From: Minisyncoccota bacterium
GTDB lineage: Bacteria > Patescibacteriota > Microgenomatia > UBA1400 > PJMF01
NCBI GenBank assembly: GCA_003173865.1
Contig: PJMF01000010.1
Location: forward strand, 19,088 to 83,087
Length of the DNA stretch: 64,000 bases
Direction: 5' to 3'
Shown here: piece after piece, positions 48,018-58,619 of the stretch
Layout: every line of letters begins with the position of its first letter
How positions within the stretch are numbered: the first letter of the stretch is position 1
Notes under the pieces: model-generated
Seen by the model: the letters and a program-made list of their open reading frames with translations, nothing else
Databases searched by the model: none
Told to the model about the DNA's origin: nothing
Position numbers and translations under genes: made by a program

Positions 48018-48220
48018 ACAACCCTTTCATGAAATTGAAGATCTCAATGACCTTACCTTGTTTGGTGCAGGATGTCAAGCGAAGCTCTGGGGATTTTTGA
48101 GGTGGGACACTTCTTTTTTGGCAATATCCCAAAGTTGGTCAAAAATCTCCACGAAGTCGTTTGTTTTTGAGACATTAATGCGACTTTTTGAACTACGTTT
48201 AGTCAACTTTAATATATCGA

Positions 48221-49477
48221 TCAAAAAGGAGTGTCCAACTCTACCTTCCACCCATGCGGATTAATCGGAATCGGCGCGCGAGAACCTCCCTCCAAAGCGC
48301 GAGCATGTGTAAACCAATTAAAATTTTCTTCGTGAATGGCACTTGGAAAAAATAAAAGCCCCGCAACAACTTGCACAAAAAAACAAAAAAGAATCAATGG
48401 CTTTTGAAATTTGCTTTCTGCAAGCGCAACCACGCCCAAAAGCAACACCGCCACGTACGAAATATAAAAATAACGACCGCCCACGTATGTTTCTACTTCG
48501 CCAATTCGCGCAATATCGGCCAACACAATGGGCCGCGCAACCAAGAGCATCAGTACATTCATTACGCAAATTGCAACCACCCAAAACACAAGGGTTTTTT
48601 TCTTTATCACTATGCTATAAGAAATAAAAATAATTCCCGCGGCGAAGACTACAACTAAATACTGCGCTATCAATTGATCTGCAACATTATACGGAATCAA
48701 GTTCTGAATGAGTTCACGCGTTGTGACAACGCGACTCACTTTTTTCCAGTTCAATTCAGGTTTTGCCCCCAATTGCTCTACAGACAAGATATTTGAGGCA
48801 AATGTCGCCGAGTGCACCGTTTGATATTGATTCCAACTATAACTGACTGTCTGCGCTACGATGCCTAGAGCAAATGCGGCTACAAACAAACGCGAAGTTT
48901 TTCCCAAAGTATGCCGCTGTCGCCATGCTTCAAGAAAAACCAACGGCACCATCAAAAACGCCTGCGGACTTGAAACGACTACCAAAAAAATCAGCGTAGA
49001 CCACAACCAACGCAACTTGACATTTTTTGAAGAAAAAAAATGCAACCACACTAATAAATGCAATCCCAGCAAACCAAAGTAGGTGTGAATATTTGCCAAA
49101 TTTCCCAAAATTTCCGGCTGAGAACCACCAGCAGCGGCCAGTACCATCAGCAGCCAACGCAGCTGTTTCTGCGGGATCAACTTTTCATACAACTGCGTGC
49201 CAAAAAATCCAATCATCACAGATGCCATCAACAACGATAAAACATTCCAAATCAGTGGTGTAGCTACATAGAGATGCGAGCCAACCGTCACACCCGCAAT
49301 CAAGCGCTGAATAATTTGCAGATAGCCAAAACTCGGTTTGAATAGGTTTTCCCAAAACGGCAACTGATACGCATCTTTAAAGAAAATCGCTCCATCCTCA
49401 GCCCATAGCTGTGGTACAAGCAACTTCGCTGGTGCGCGCAAAAAAAGAATGACAAAAACAACAAGAATATTCAGCAC
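48221..49477 (-). CDS. Polytopic membrane protein, GT-C glycosyltransferase-like
   Basis: PQLWAEDG, GYL, RYF, PINPHGW; multiple TM segments. Confidence 0.65.
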   Translation of the reverse strand: MLNILVVFVILFLRAPAKLLVPQLWAEDGAIFFKDAYQLPFWENLFKPSFGYLQIIQRLIAGVTVGSHLYVATPLIWNVLSLLMASVMIGFFGTQLYEKLIPQKQLRWLLMVLAAAGGSQPEILGNLANIHTYFGLLGLHLLVWLHFFSSKNVKLRWLWSTLIFLVVVSSPQAFLMVPLVFLEAWRQRHTLGKTSRLFVAAFALGIVAQTVSYSWNQYQTVHSATFASNILSVEQLGAKPELNWKKVSRVVTTRELIQNLIPYNVADQLIAQYLVVVFAAGIIFISYSIVIKKKTLVFWVVAICVMNVLMLLVARPIVLADIARIGEVETYVGGRYFYISYVAVLLLGVVALAESKFQKPLILFCFFVQVVAGLLFFPSAIHEENFNWFTHARALEGGSRAPIPINPHGWKVELDTPF

Positions 49478-49486
49478 GAAATTATT

Positions 49487-50776
49487 CTACACCCAGCCAC
49501 GTAACATCATGGCATCGATGACTCGCTTCACTGCTTTCATGTAGGTGGCCATACGTGCGGATTGATTGGTTTGCGTTTTGAGCTCCCACATTTGATCAAA
49601 AGCTGTCTCCATCAATGGCTGTAACTTGGCCAGCACTTCTTCTTTCTTCCAATAATATCCTTGCAGATTTTGGACCCATTCAAAGTAGGAAGTCGTCACA
49701 CCGCCGGCATTTGCTAACACATCCGCAATCACCGTCACTCCATTTTTTTCTAAGATTTGATCTGCTTCTGGTGTCACTGGACCATTTGCCATCTCAATAA
49801 TCGCTTTCGCTTTAATTTGGGCCGCATTTTGATCAGTGATGACGTTTTCGAGAGCTGAAGGTACCACAATTTCAACCGGCAGTTCCAGCAACGCTTCGTT
49901 TGTGATCGTCTGGACACTTGCCTTTACCGAACCAAGTTTGCCATTTTGTTTTTTGTACTCAGCAACTTCAACAGGATCAAGACCGCCATCGGCATATATC
50001 CCACCTTTGGAATCCGAAACAGCCACAACTTTATACCCCAAACGGTGTGCATGAAATGCAAACCAATATCCAACGTTGCCAAATCCCTGGATTGCTACCC
50101 TCACTTCATTTTTTGGTTTTGCGGAAAAAAGTTTAGCGACCAAACGCTCCAATACAAAGACACCACCAAGACCAGTTGCTTCTTCGCGACCCTCAGAGCC
50201 TCCGAGACCAAGTGGCTTGCCTGTAAAAGTTGCAAGTGGATTCGCTTGAAGTGATTCTCCTTTCGCAATTTTCACTTTTTGCCATTCATCTACCATCCAC
50301 GACATAATTTCACCAGTTGTGTTGACATCAGGTGCAGGCACATCCACCCATGGGCCAACATGATCGGCAACTAAACGCGCAAAGGCGCGACTCAGCTCTT
50401 GCAGTTCGCGCGAACTTAATTTGCGCGGGTCAACTACTACGCCGCCCTTTCCACCCCCATACGGAATCTCCGTCACTGCACATTTCCACGTCATCCACGT
50501 TGAAAGCGCCATTACTTCTTCTTTTGTCACTCCCGGATGAAAACGAATCCCACCTTTGTATGGTCCACGCGCATTATTGTGTTGTGAACGATACGCTTGA
50601 AACTCTTGCGTTGAACCATCGTCCATTGTGATTTGTAACTTGCCTTCGATAATTTGGTCTGGATTTTTAAGGCGAGCAATTGCCGCATCGAAGCGATTTT
50701 TATCTGGGTAGAGCGGCGCGAGCAGCGCCGCGACTTCGTCAATTTGTTTCACTGCATTTTCATGAGGGTTGTTCAT
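49487..50776 (-). CDS. gdhA: Glutamate dehydrogenase
   Basis: GPYKGGIRF, GGGKGG, DVPAPD, QGFGNVG, NAGGV. Confidence 0.95.
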   Translation of the reverse strand: MNNPHENAVKQIDEVAALLAPLYPDKNRFDAAIARLKNPDQIIEGKLQITMDDGSTQEFQAYRSQHNNARGPYKGGIRFHPGVTKEEVMALSTWMTWKCAVTEIPYGGGKGGVVVDPRKLSSRELQELSRAFARLVADHVGPWVDVPAPDVNTTGEIMSWMVDEWQKVKIAKGESLQANPLATFTGKPLGLGGSEGREEATGLGGVFVLERLVAKLFSAKPKNEVRVAIQGFGNVGYWFAFHAHRLGYKVVAVSDSKGGIYADGGLDPVEVAEYKKQNGKLGSVKASVQTITNEALLELPVEIVVPSALENVITDQNAAQIKAKAIIEMANGPVTPEADQILEKNGVTVIADVLANAGGVTTSYFEWVQNLQGYYWKKEEVLAKLQPLMETAFDQMWELKTQTNQSARMATYMKAVKRVIDAMMLRGWV

Positions 50777-50928
50777 CTATTTCTCCAGTTCTTTTCTATT
50801 TTTATTATTCACTCACTAGTCTCTAGTACTAAATATGGTATTCATACGAAGGAAAGACTTGAAAGCTGTGTGAGTGTCTGCGAAAAACTCTGGTGCGATC
50901 TCGTCTTTCTGGAGTATGAATACCATAC

Positions 50929-51996
50929 TCATCTCATTTCTAACCATCGTTCGGCATCGATTGCGGCACTCGATCCTTGACCAGCCGCGGTAATTGCTTG
51001 CCAAAATCGCACGTCCACCACATCACCGGCGGCAAACACTCCTTCGACTGATGTCATCGTGGGATATCGTACAATACCTTCTTCGTTGAATGCATTTCCA
51101 GCCATTTCAACTCCAGCTTTGGTTAAACTTTGACGTGTCAAAATAAATCCATGCTTATCTAATTGCAGTTCATTGTGAAAAATTTTGGTCATTGGCTGAT
51201 GACCGATTGCCACAAATACACCGTCGATTGGCATCACTGTCTCTTTGTTCTCAACCGCATTCATGAGCACAACTTCTTTGACAGCGCCTTCACCGCGAAT
51301 CTCTTTAATCGTAGTGTTATAGAGAAATGTCACTTTCGAATTACTTTGCAAACGTTCTTGCATGACTTTACTCGCGCGCAGTTTATCGGTACGGACCAGA
51401 ATCGTCACTGTTTTTGCAAACTTTGTGAGCGCAAGTGCATCTTCCATCGCAGTATCACCACCACCAACGACGATTGTGTTTTTTTCACGATAAAAAGCCG
51501 CATCACATACTGCACATGTGCTCACACCTCGGCCGAGAAATTCTTTTTCTCCCGGCACCCCAAGTGCTTTTGACTGTGAACCAACTGCCAAAATCACTGC
51601 ATCAGCTTCTACATCATGCATTTTTGCTTTAATACTCTGCGTAAAAACTGCGATTTCTTCTGGTGTACCCTTTTCTAAAATTTCCCCAGTTGCACCTTCT
51701 GGAAATGAGGCCCAGAGTTTAAAAGGTCGCTGACTAAAATCCACTGCTGTGACGTATTTTTCCTGCATTTGTGCGCCAAACTTCTCAGCTTGCGAGCGCA
51801 TATTCATCATCAATTGCGGGCCTTCAATACCTTCTGGAAACCCAGGAAAATTTTCAATCACGGTAGTGTACATCAATTGGCCACCTTGTTTTTCACCGGT
51901 AAAAACAAGCGGTGCTAAGTTAGCCCGCGCTGTGTACAGCGCGGCCGTGTATCCAGAGGGACCACTGCCAATGATTGCGACTTTGGTTTTTTGCAT
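50929..51996 (-). CDS. trxB: Thioredoxin reductase
   Basis: GSGPSG, CAVCD, GGGDTA, FAAGD. Confidence 0.96.
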   Translation of the reverse strand: MQKTKVAIIGSGPSGYTAALYTARANLAPLVFTGEKQGGQLMYTTVIENFPGFPEGIEGPQLMMNMRSQAEKFGAQMQEKYVTAVDFSQRPFKLWASFPEGATGEILEKGTPEEIAVFTQSIKAKMHDVEADAVILAVGSQSKALGVPGEKEFLGRGVSTCAVCDAAFYREKNTIVVGGGDTAMEDALALTKFAKTVTILVRTDKLRASKVMQERLQSNSKVTFLYNTTIKEIRGEGAVKEVVLMNAVENKETVMPIDGVFVAIGHQPMTKIFHNELQLDKHGFILTRQSLTKAGVEMAGNAFNEEGIVRYPTMTSVEGVFAAGDVVDVRFWQAITAAGQGSSAAIDAERWLEMR

Positions 51997-52013
51997 AATT
52001 TTTTTCTCTCGAA

Positions 52014-52379
52014 TTACGCCACTTTCCCAAGCATCTCACGATATCCCTGTTCACCAGGAAAACCAATTTTGCGATCAACTTCTTTCATTTCATCGCCAAC
52101 TTTGTTGAACATAACGACGGTGGGAATACTCATCACGCCGTATTTCTGCGCGGTCGCTGAGTTTTCATCAACATCAAGTTTGACAATTTCGACCTTGCCA
52201 CGGAACTCATCCGACAATTTGTCCACGATCGGAGCTGCTAACTTGCATGGACCACACCACTCAGCATAGAAATCAACGAAGACAGGGGTTTTGCTATTTT
52301 TTAATAATTGATCAAAGTCAGCGTCACCCACGTGAGCTGCACCTTTTTTCATTGTTTGTTGTGTTTGAGTATCAGACAT
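52014..52379 (-). CDS. trxA: Thioredoxin
   Basis: WCGPC, SIPT. Confidence 0.96.
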   Translation of the reverse strand: MSDTQTQQTMKKGAAHVGDADFDQLLKNSKTPVFVDFYAEWCGPCKLAAPIVDKLSDEFRGKVEIVKLDVDENSATAQKYGVMSIPTVVMFNKVGDEMKEVDRKIGFPGEQGYREMLGKVA

Positions 52380-52393
52380 ACTCCTCCTTTTAA

Positions 52394-52648
52394 TTAATAT
52401 CGAAATGCTTCTCGTAAAATCTCATCCATCTCTTCTACTTTGCGCTCCTTGTGACAACGACTCGCTTCGCCAGAAAGCAGTTTGCGTACTACAGTGCCGA
52501 GTGAGTTACGAACAGCAATTACTTGGCGCACAATATCAACGCAACTCTGCTCTTGTTCGTACATTGAAATCACACCATCGATTTGACCGCGAATGCGTTT
52601 GAGCTGAACGAGTATTTCATCGGGAGCTTGGGACATACGAGAGAGCAT
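52394..52648 (-). CDS. CsoR/RcnR-family repressor
   Basis: LKRIRGQIDG...C.D...Q..A...C. Confidence 0.9.
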   Translation of the reverse strand: MLSRMSQAPDEILVQLKRIRGQIDGVISMYEQEQSCVDIVRQVIAVRNSLGTVVRKLLSGEASRCHKERKVEEMDEILREAFRY

Positions 52649-52663
52649 ACCCCTAGGGGGTAT
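52647..52663. promoter_or_regulatory. CsoR-type operator
   Basis: ATACCCCTAGGGGGTAT (TAC, C-tract, G-tract, TA). Confidence 0.85.
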
Positions 52664-52745
52664 ACAGTGTCAAGCTGGAGTTTGAAGAGAACCGCTTTTT
52701 TTCCCCGCCACTCTTTGCTGTTCGCGGCGGAAGTTTACCCAGCAC

Positions 52746-54560
52746 TTAAAACTTCGCTTGCTGCCTCGCTCGCAACTGCACAATTTTGCGCAATAACTCT
52801 GCGTGCCGCAGTTCATCGTCGGCAGTTTTTTCATTTTTTTGTTCGAGTTGATCGAGTTCTGCGCCCATTTCATTGACTTCTTCAGCAATATCTAAATTGA
52901 TGAGTTCTTGAATAGATTTTTTCCATTCTTTTTCAAAATCAAGTTCTGCAGCCATTTCCACATATTTTTTATTCATCGATACATCCATTAATAACTGCTG
53001 CAAATCTTCTGGTAAACTTTTTGCAAAATCCGCTAAGTGGAAAGGCTCGGTCTGAGCGATTATTTGGTTTATTAATTGTCGCAAAGCATTTCGTGCAAAA
53101 TGAACATGCTTTAGCTGTTCTGCTCTCGCAAAAATTTGTTCTTCTACACCGTTGAACAACAAAAATAAAACATATTCTTCCAGGCGTGATTTACGCGTTT
53201 CTTTTTCAGGGAGTTCTTTTTCTTCGGTTACTTGTGGTTTTGGCGATGGAGTGCGCAACAAACCAGCGCGTTTCACCTGTTTAAATTTTTCTAAGTCAGC
53301 TTTGACAATGCTTGTTTTCACTTGCAGTGCAGTCGCCAACTTTTCGACATAATACTCCAGCTCAACTGCATGTGAAATTCCACCAAAAATTGGCGCTAAT
53401 TCATCAATAATTTTTCGTTTTCCTTCTGGAGTTTCTGCATTATGGCTTTTCAAAGAAGCTGCTAAGAAAAAATCATAAACTGAGATAGATGACTTCACGA
53501 TGTGTCGCCATTCTTGTGGTTGCGTTCGAGCCAGCTCATCAGGATCTTTCGAGTTTAATTCTGCTGGTAAACGAATCACGCGCAGTTCCAAACCAAATGG
53601 TTTGGCCACTTCAATCGCCCGCTTCGTTGCGGTGATACCAGCACTATCCATATCAAAACTTAAAATTATTTTGTTCACCGTGCGACTGAGTAACTTCATT
53701 TGCTGATCGGTAAGTACTGATCCCTTCACTGCTACCACATTATTCACATGCGCTTGCGCTGACGAAATCACATCGAACTCACCTTCGACAATCAGCACTT
53801 CATTTTCTTTGCGCAAAAATTGATAGAGTTGCGAGTACCCAAACAGCATTTCGCTTTTGTGATACACCATTGTCTCGGGGCTATTAATATACTTGGCTTC
53901 TTTTGTCTCTTTTTCCAAGACACGACCAGAGAAACCAACCACACGGCCGCGATGATCAGTCAACGGAAACATGACCCGACCACGGAATCGATCATAGTAA
54001 CGACCCCCATTGCCTTTGATGATGAGGCCCGCGGCCTCCAAATCACTCAGAGAATATTTTTTCTTTTCATGCAAATACTTAATGACGCCATCCCATCCTG
54101 GTAAGGAAAAGCCAATTTGAAACAACTTGATCGAGTCATTTGTGATACCACGCCCCTGCAGATACTTCAGCGCCACTTCACCCGTTTTATGTTTTGTCAG
54201 TAAAAAGTGATAGTACTCTTTGGCTAAATCTAAAATTTCTAAGACGCGTTTACGCGTATCATCCTCAGCAGAAAAAGATTGTTTTGTCAACGTAATTCCA
54301 GCACGTTCAGCCAATGTTTGTAACGCTTCTGCGAATGTCATGCCTTCATATTTTTCTAAAAATGTAAAAACGTCACCTGTTTCTTGACACCCAAAACAGC
54401 GATATCGTTGAATCTGTTCACTGACAAAGAACGAAGGAGATTTCTCAGAATGAAAGGGACACAAACCACGCCAACTCGAACCCGATCGTTGAAGTGTGAC
54501 CTTCTCGCCGATCAGTTGCACAATATCAGTAGCGTTTTTGACGTCTTGAACTTGGGACAT
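52746..54560 (-). CDS. dnaG: DNA primase
   Basis: CPFHSEKSPSF, KYINSPET, EGEFD, FDMDSAG, KDPD. Confidence 0.97.
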   Translation of the reverse strand: MSQVQDVKNATDIVQLIGEKVTLQRSGSSWRGLCPFHSEKSPSFFVSEQIQRYRCFGCQETGDVFTFLEKYEGMTFAEALQTLAERAGITLTKQSFSAEDDTRKRVLEILDLAKEYYHFLLTKHKTGEVALKYLQGRGITNDSIKLFQIGFSLPGWDGVIKYLHEKKKYSLSDLEAAGLIIKGNGGRYYDRFRGRVMFPLTDHRGRVVGFSGRVLEKETKEAKYINSPETMVYHKSEMLFGYSQLYQFLRKENEVLIVEGEFDVISSAQAHVNNVVAVKGSVLTDQQMKLLSRTVNKIILSFDMDSAGITATKRAIEVAKPFGLELRVIRLPAELNSKDPDELARTQPQEWRHIVKSSISVYDFFLAASLKSHNAETPEGKRKIIDELAPIFGGISHAVELEYYVEKLATALQVKTSIVKADLEKFKQVKRAGLLRTPSPKPQVTEEKELPEKETRKSRLEEYVLFLLFNGVEEQIFARAEQLKHVHFARNALRQLINQIIAQTEPFHLADFAKSLPEDLQQLLMDVSMNKKYVEMAAELDFEKEWKKSIQELINLDIAEEVNEMGAELDQLEQKNEKTADDELRHAELLRKIVQLRARQQAKF

Positions 54561-54607
54561 GAAGGTAACTTCATTTTACCAGTAAACCCGAAAGAAAGGA
54601 AAAGATA

Positions 54608-55249
54608 TTACACTTTGTGTTGCCGCGCTTTTATCAACTCAATCGCAACCGGCACCACCGACACCAAAATGATCGCAACCATTGCTAATTCAAAGTGATC
54701 ACGGACAACGGGAATATTGCCAAAGAAAAATCCGGCGAGTGTAAATAAAAGCACCCATAATACGCCACCAAGCAAGTTATACATTAAAAATGTCATGTAA
54801 CTCATCTGACTAATTCCAGCCACAAATGGTGCAAATGTGCGGACGATTGGCACAAAGCGCGACAATACAATCGCAAATGCACCGTGCTTTTCATAAAATT
54901 CATGTGCTTTTTTCAAGTGAGCTTTTTTGATGAAACGATTGTCTCTCTCAAAAATTTGCGGACCAACGAAGCGGCCAATCCAGTAGTTCACTGTGTCACC
55001 AAGAAATGCAGCAACAATACTTACCGCTAAAACCCTCCAGATATTAAACGCGCCAAACGAAGAAAGCGACCCAGCCGCAAATAACAGCGAATCACCAGGC
55101 AAAAATGGCATCAGCACAAAACCAGTTTCCATAAACAAAATCCCAAACAAAAATGCATAACTGAGCATGCCGTACTGCTGCGTCACGAACAAAAGATTTT
55201 TGTCGATATGAAGAACAAAATCCATCACCGACTTTACTGCATTAAGCAT
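54608..55249 (-). CDS. DedA family membrane protein
   Basis: ETG...PFLPGDSLLF, RFVPIVRTFAPFVAG. Confidence 0.95.
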   Translation of the reverse strand: MLNAVKSVMDFVLHIDKNLLFVTQQYGMLSYAFLFGILFMETGFVLMPFLPGDSLLFAAGSLSSFGAFNIWRVLAVSIVAAFLGDTVNYWIGRFVGPQIFERDNRFIKKAHLKKAHEFYEKHGAFAIVLSRFVPIVRTFAPFVAGISQMSYMTFLMYNLLGGVLWVLLFTLAGFFFGNIPVVRDHFELAMVAIILVSVVPVAIELIKARQHKV

Positions 55250-56444
55250 ACGTTTCCTTTACTTTTTGAGGGACTGATATCACAAGCAAAACGAGACACA
55301 GTATAACCAGAATCGACTCAGAAACAAAGGGCAAACCATATGCATATTGATATAGCCACGCTGCCAGCAATGGTCCAGCAATTCTTGTTAATGACTGCAT
55401 CCCTTGATTGGTGCCGTGAATTCTCCCTTGCATAGAAGGAGAGACTACATTCGAAATCAATCCCGCAAATGATGGTTCAAAGAATCCATCACCCAACGTG
55501 ACCATAATTACACTCACATATAGTAAAAATGGAATTGGCAGTACAGAAGTGCTTCCCTCCATCATGAACCCAACCGCACATAATACCAATCCAACGATCG
55601 CAACTTTTTCATCTCCCCAGAGAGGCAAAAGTTTAGGTACTAAAAAACCCATCGAGACAATATCAATCAAACCGACTAAAAATAAAATCCAGCCAATGTG
55701 AGTGACATCCCATGAAAAAACATCTTTAAAAAAGACTGACGCGTTCCCTTGTAACATTGATAGGGCGAGAAAAAAAATCGCACCGGAGATGAACAGACGC
55801 CGCAAAACTTTGATCCCGATAATTGTTTTAAATTGGTTGAATGGATTCATGTGTTCCCAATTTAATTTTGATATCTTATGTTCGTGTCGCAAGCTCTCTG
55901 GCAAAATCACGTACCCCCAAACCATGTTTGCTAAAGTGATCGCCGCCGCAAAGTAAAGTGGAGCCACCAAGCTAAAATGAGCAATCACTCCACCAATGGC
56001 TGGTCCAATCATAAATCCCACACCACCTGCCGCACCCAGCCAACCAAAGTACTTGCCACGATCTTTTGGCTCGGTAATATCAGCCATGTACGCATACAAA
56101 GTACTAATGTTGCCACCCGTCAGACCATCAATGATTCTTCCCAGAAAAAGAATCCAGATACTTCCACCTAAAGCAAACAATAAATAGCCAATAATCGAAC
56201 CCAGTAAACTCACCAGCAAAATTGGCCGTCGACCAAAACGATCACTGAGTGCGCCGAGCACTGGAGCTCCAAAAAATTGACACAATGCGTACACTGAGAT
56301 CAAGAAACCAACATAGAGCGCCACTACTCCATGTTGATTTTCCCCAATGTGCTGTTGCACCAAAAAAGGAACGACCGGAATAATGATGCTAAAACCCATA
56401 AACGTCAAAAAAGTAGTAAAGAGGATAAAGCTGAGTTGTTTCAT
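55242..56444 (-). CDS. MFS transporter (TetA/DHA1-like)
   Basis: GALSDRFGRRP, GRIIDGLTGG, GPAIGG. Confidence 0.92.
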   Translation of the reverse strand: MKQLSFILFTTFLTFMGFSIIIPVVPFLVQQHIGENQHGVVALYVGFLISVYALCQFFGAPVLGALSDRFGRRPILLVSLLGSIIGYLLFALGGSIWILFLGRIIDGLTGGNISTLYAYMADITEPKDRGKYFGWLGAAGGVGFMIGPAIGGVIAHFSLVAPLYFAAAITLANMVWGYVILPESLRHEHKISKLNWEHMNPFNQFKTIIGIKVLRRLFISGAIFFLALSMLQGNASVFFKDVFSWDVTHIGWILFLVGLIDIVSMGFLVPKLLPLWGDEKVAIVGLVLCAVGFMMEGSTSVLPIPFLLYVSVIMVTLGDGFFEPSFAGLISNVVSPSMQGRIHGTNQGMQSLTRIAGPLLAAWLYQYAYGLPFVSESILVILCLVLLVISVPQKVKETYA

Positions 56445-56492
56445 GAAGCACTTATTATATTACAGAATAAATCTTGGCATGTTTTAGGAAAT

Positions 56493-56525
56493 AAAAAAAA
56501 TCCTCAGCAAATGCTGAGGATTTTT
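56493..56525. terminator. Intrinsic terminator
   Basis: A8-TCCTCAGCA-AA-TGCTGAGGA-T5. Confidence 0.85.
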
Positions 56526-56539
56526 GATTTGACTTACTG

Positions 56540-56685
56540 TTGGTACAGAAGAGAGCCGAATTTGCGAATTACAGTAATTTTATCACAAAATTCCGATGTG
56601 GAGGTAAGGAGAATCGAAACCCCCACATCGTTTTCGAGAATAAGTCACAATGAGGTTGCTTTTTAAACCCAAAAACCGCGATCAA
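56540..56685 (-). ncRNA. Candidate 6S-like RNA (long irregular hairpin with central bubble)
   Basis: CGATGTGGGGGT/ACCTCCACATCG apical stem, extendable by hand through TTGGGTTT/AAATTCGG with many GU pairs; terminator follows. Confidence 0.45.
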
Positions 56686-56729
56686 AAAAGAGGGAAAAGA
56701 TGTAAAATAGAAAGCTCTAAGCAAAGTTT

Positions 56730-56814
56730 GGAGGTGTCGCATAGTGGTCAATTGCACACGCCTGGAAAGCGTGATCCTTCACGGGATACAAGGGTTCGAA
56801 CCCCTTCACCTCCG
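56730..56814 (+). tRNA. tRNA-Ser(GGA)
   Basis: GGAGGTG/CACCTCC with G73; CACGC-CTGGAAA-GCGTG; variable arm; TTCGAA. Confidence 0.96.
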
Positions 56815-56836
56815 CCCACTGCAGTTCTCTCACCCC

Positions 56837-57067
56837 TTACTTAAATATCCCCAATAAGGATTGAATCAAGCTCTGTAAACCCAAGACTCGGGCGACAAAA
56901 TTGAAGATCGAAAAAACAATACCTACCATTACACTGGCTCCTATGGTTACTCCCAATCCTGTCAAGAGCCCCCGCATGAAAACTTGATACCAAGAATTTT
57001 GCCTGTGGAGTTGAACAGCAATTTTTTCAAGTTCCTGAGCTACTTCTCTCTTTTTTTCCATAGCCAT
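56837..57067 (-). CDS. DUF5665-like small membrane protein
   Basis: FMRGLLTGLGVTIGAS; start MAMEKK inferred. Confidence 0.7.
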   Translation of the reverse strand: MAMEKKREVAQELEKIAVQLHRQNSWYQVFMRGLLTGLGVTIGASVMVGIVFSIFNFVARVLGLQSLIQSLLGIFK

Positions 57068-57329
57068 CACAATAACTATCAAAATAGTAGTACTAAAGCA
57101 AGCGTGAAGCAAGAGAAAAATGTAGGAGGTGAAATTAGTTATGGGACATAAAAAACATACTCTAGATATCTCTACAACCTGCAAACGGCTTTCCAGCCGT
57201 ATCCTATATCTTTTTTGACCAAACTATGGGAAAATAGTACTATCAGTATACATTTGAGCGTAAATAGATAATGTAGTGTCTGTTTCTAGGCTTTTAGCCT
57301 GGTAAATCAGGCAAAATTGCATAACAGAC

Positions 57330-58619
57330 ATGATACTCCTTCTTACTCTGCTAAGCTTGGTTTTCATCCTTCACGGGCTCTGTAACCTGTATTGGCTTCT
57401 GTATGCCTGGCAGGATCTAGAGCACCTGGAAAAGATCACTTCCCCCACGAAATACCTCAACCCTCAGATCTCTTTCACGGCGCTTGTTCCTGCTCGTCAT
57501 GAAGCCTATGTCATCTCTGAAACTATCCGCTCAATCAATGCAATTGAGTATCCAGACCACCTGAAGGAGGTCCTCATCATCTGTAAATCAGATGACAAAG
57601 AAACGGTTAAAGCCGCTCAAAAAACCATTGATGAGCTTCACTCCAGTCGCATTCGGGTCGTTACTTTTAGTGGAGGACCCACCAACAAGCCCCATGGTCT
57701 GAACATTGGTTTGCTCACGGCCAGCCATGACGTCATCGTTATTTTCGACGCCGAGGATCAACCACATACACATCTCTATAAAATTGCAAACACCCTGATG
57801 ACCGAGCAACACCTTGATGTACTTCAATCTGGTGTCCAACTTATGAACTACCGTTCGCACTGGTTTTCCACGCTGAACGTACTCGAGTACTTCTTTTGGT
57901 TTAAGTCAACGCTGCAATTTTTCGCCCAAAGAAAAACGATCCCGCTTGGGGGAAACACCGTCTTCTTCCGCAGGGATGTGTTACTCAAAGCAAATGGCTG
58001 GGATGAAACTTGTTTAACTGAAGACGCTGATATCGGTATTCGGCTGAGTATCGCCGGAGCTAAGATTGGTGTCACATATGATGAAAAGTACGTCACACGA
58101 GAAGAGACACCTTCCTCAATCAATCACTTTATCAAGCAACGCACACGTTGGAATCAAGGCTTTTTACAAATTTTACTCAAAGGTGAGTGGCTTCAACTTC
58201 CTACTATGAGCCAAAGAATACTTTCTGCATATATTTTACTTACGCCGTACATGCAGTCAGTGTTTTTCTTATTTATTCCGTTCTCGCTGTACTTGGCAGT
58301 GACCGCTGCTTTGCCCGTTTGGCTTGTGCTCATCCTGATCGTTCCTTTTTATCTCTTAGTGCTTCAACTTATTATCTGTAACATCGGTCTGTATTTATTT
58401 TGCCGAGCGTACAAAAAACCCTACTACATTTGGTTGCCACTCAAAGTATGTGTGACGTTTTTCCCGTATCAACTTTTACTTGGTATGAGCTCCACTCGTG
58501 CTTTGTGGCGAAATGTATTTGGTAACACGAATTGGGAAAAAACCCTTCATTTGAATGCTCATCGTGAGCCCCAACATGCTACAGTTGATCTTACTTCTTT
58601 CGTTGAAGCAAACGTATGA
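57330..58619 (+). CDS. Processive GT2 glycosyltransferase
   Basis: PARHE, FDAED, TED, QRTRW; flanking TM segments. Confidence 0.93.
   Translation: MILLLTLLSLVFILHGLCNLYWLLYAWQDLEHLEKITSPTKYLNPQISFTALVPARHEAYVISETIRSINAIEYPDHLKEVLIICKSDDKETVKAAQKTIDELHSSRIRVVTFSGGPTNKPHGLNIGLLTASHDVIVIFDAEDQPHTHLYKIANTLMTEQHLDVLQSGVQLMNYRSHWFSTLNVLEYFFWFKSTLQFFAQRKTIPLGGNTVFFRRDVLLKANGWDETCLTEDADIGIRLSIAGAKIGVTYDEKYVTREETPSSINHFIKQRTRWNQGFLQILLKGEWLQLPTMSQRILSAYILLTPYMQSVFFLFIPFSLYLAVTAALPVWLVLILIVPFYLLVLQLIICNIGLYLFCRAYKKPYYIWLPLKVCVTFFPYQLLLGMSSTRALWRNVFGNTNWEKTLHLNAHREPQHATVDLTSFVEANV

Noticed and set aside
56597-56625. tmRNA or tRNA 3'-end-like GGGGTTTCGATTCTCCTTACCTCCAC on the minus strand
   Set aside because: No separate 5' acceptor segment, tag ORF or CCA; better explained as the apical stem of the long hairpin.
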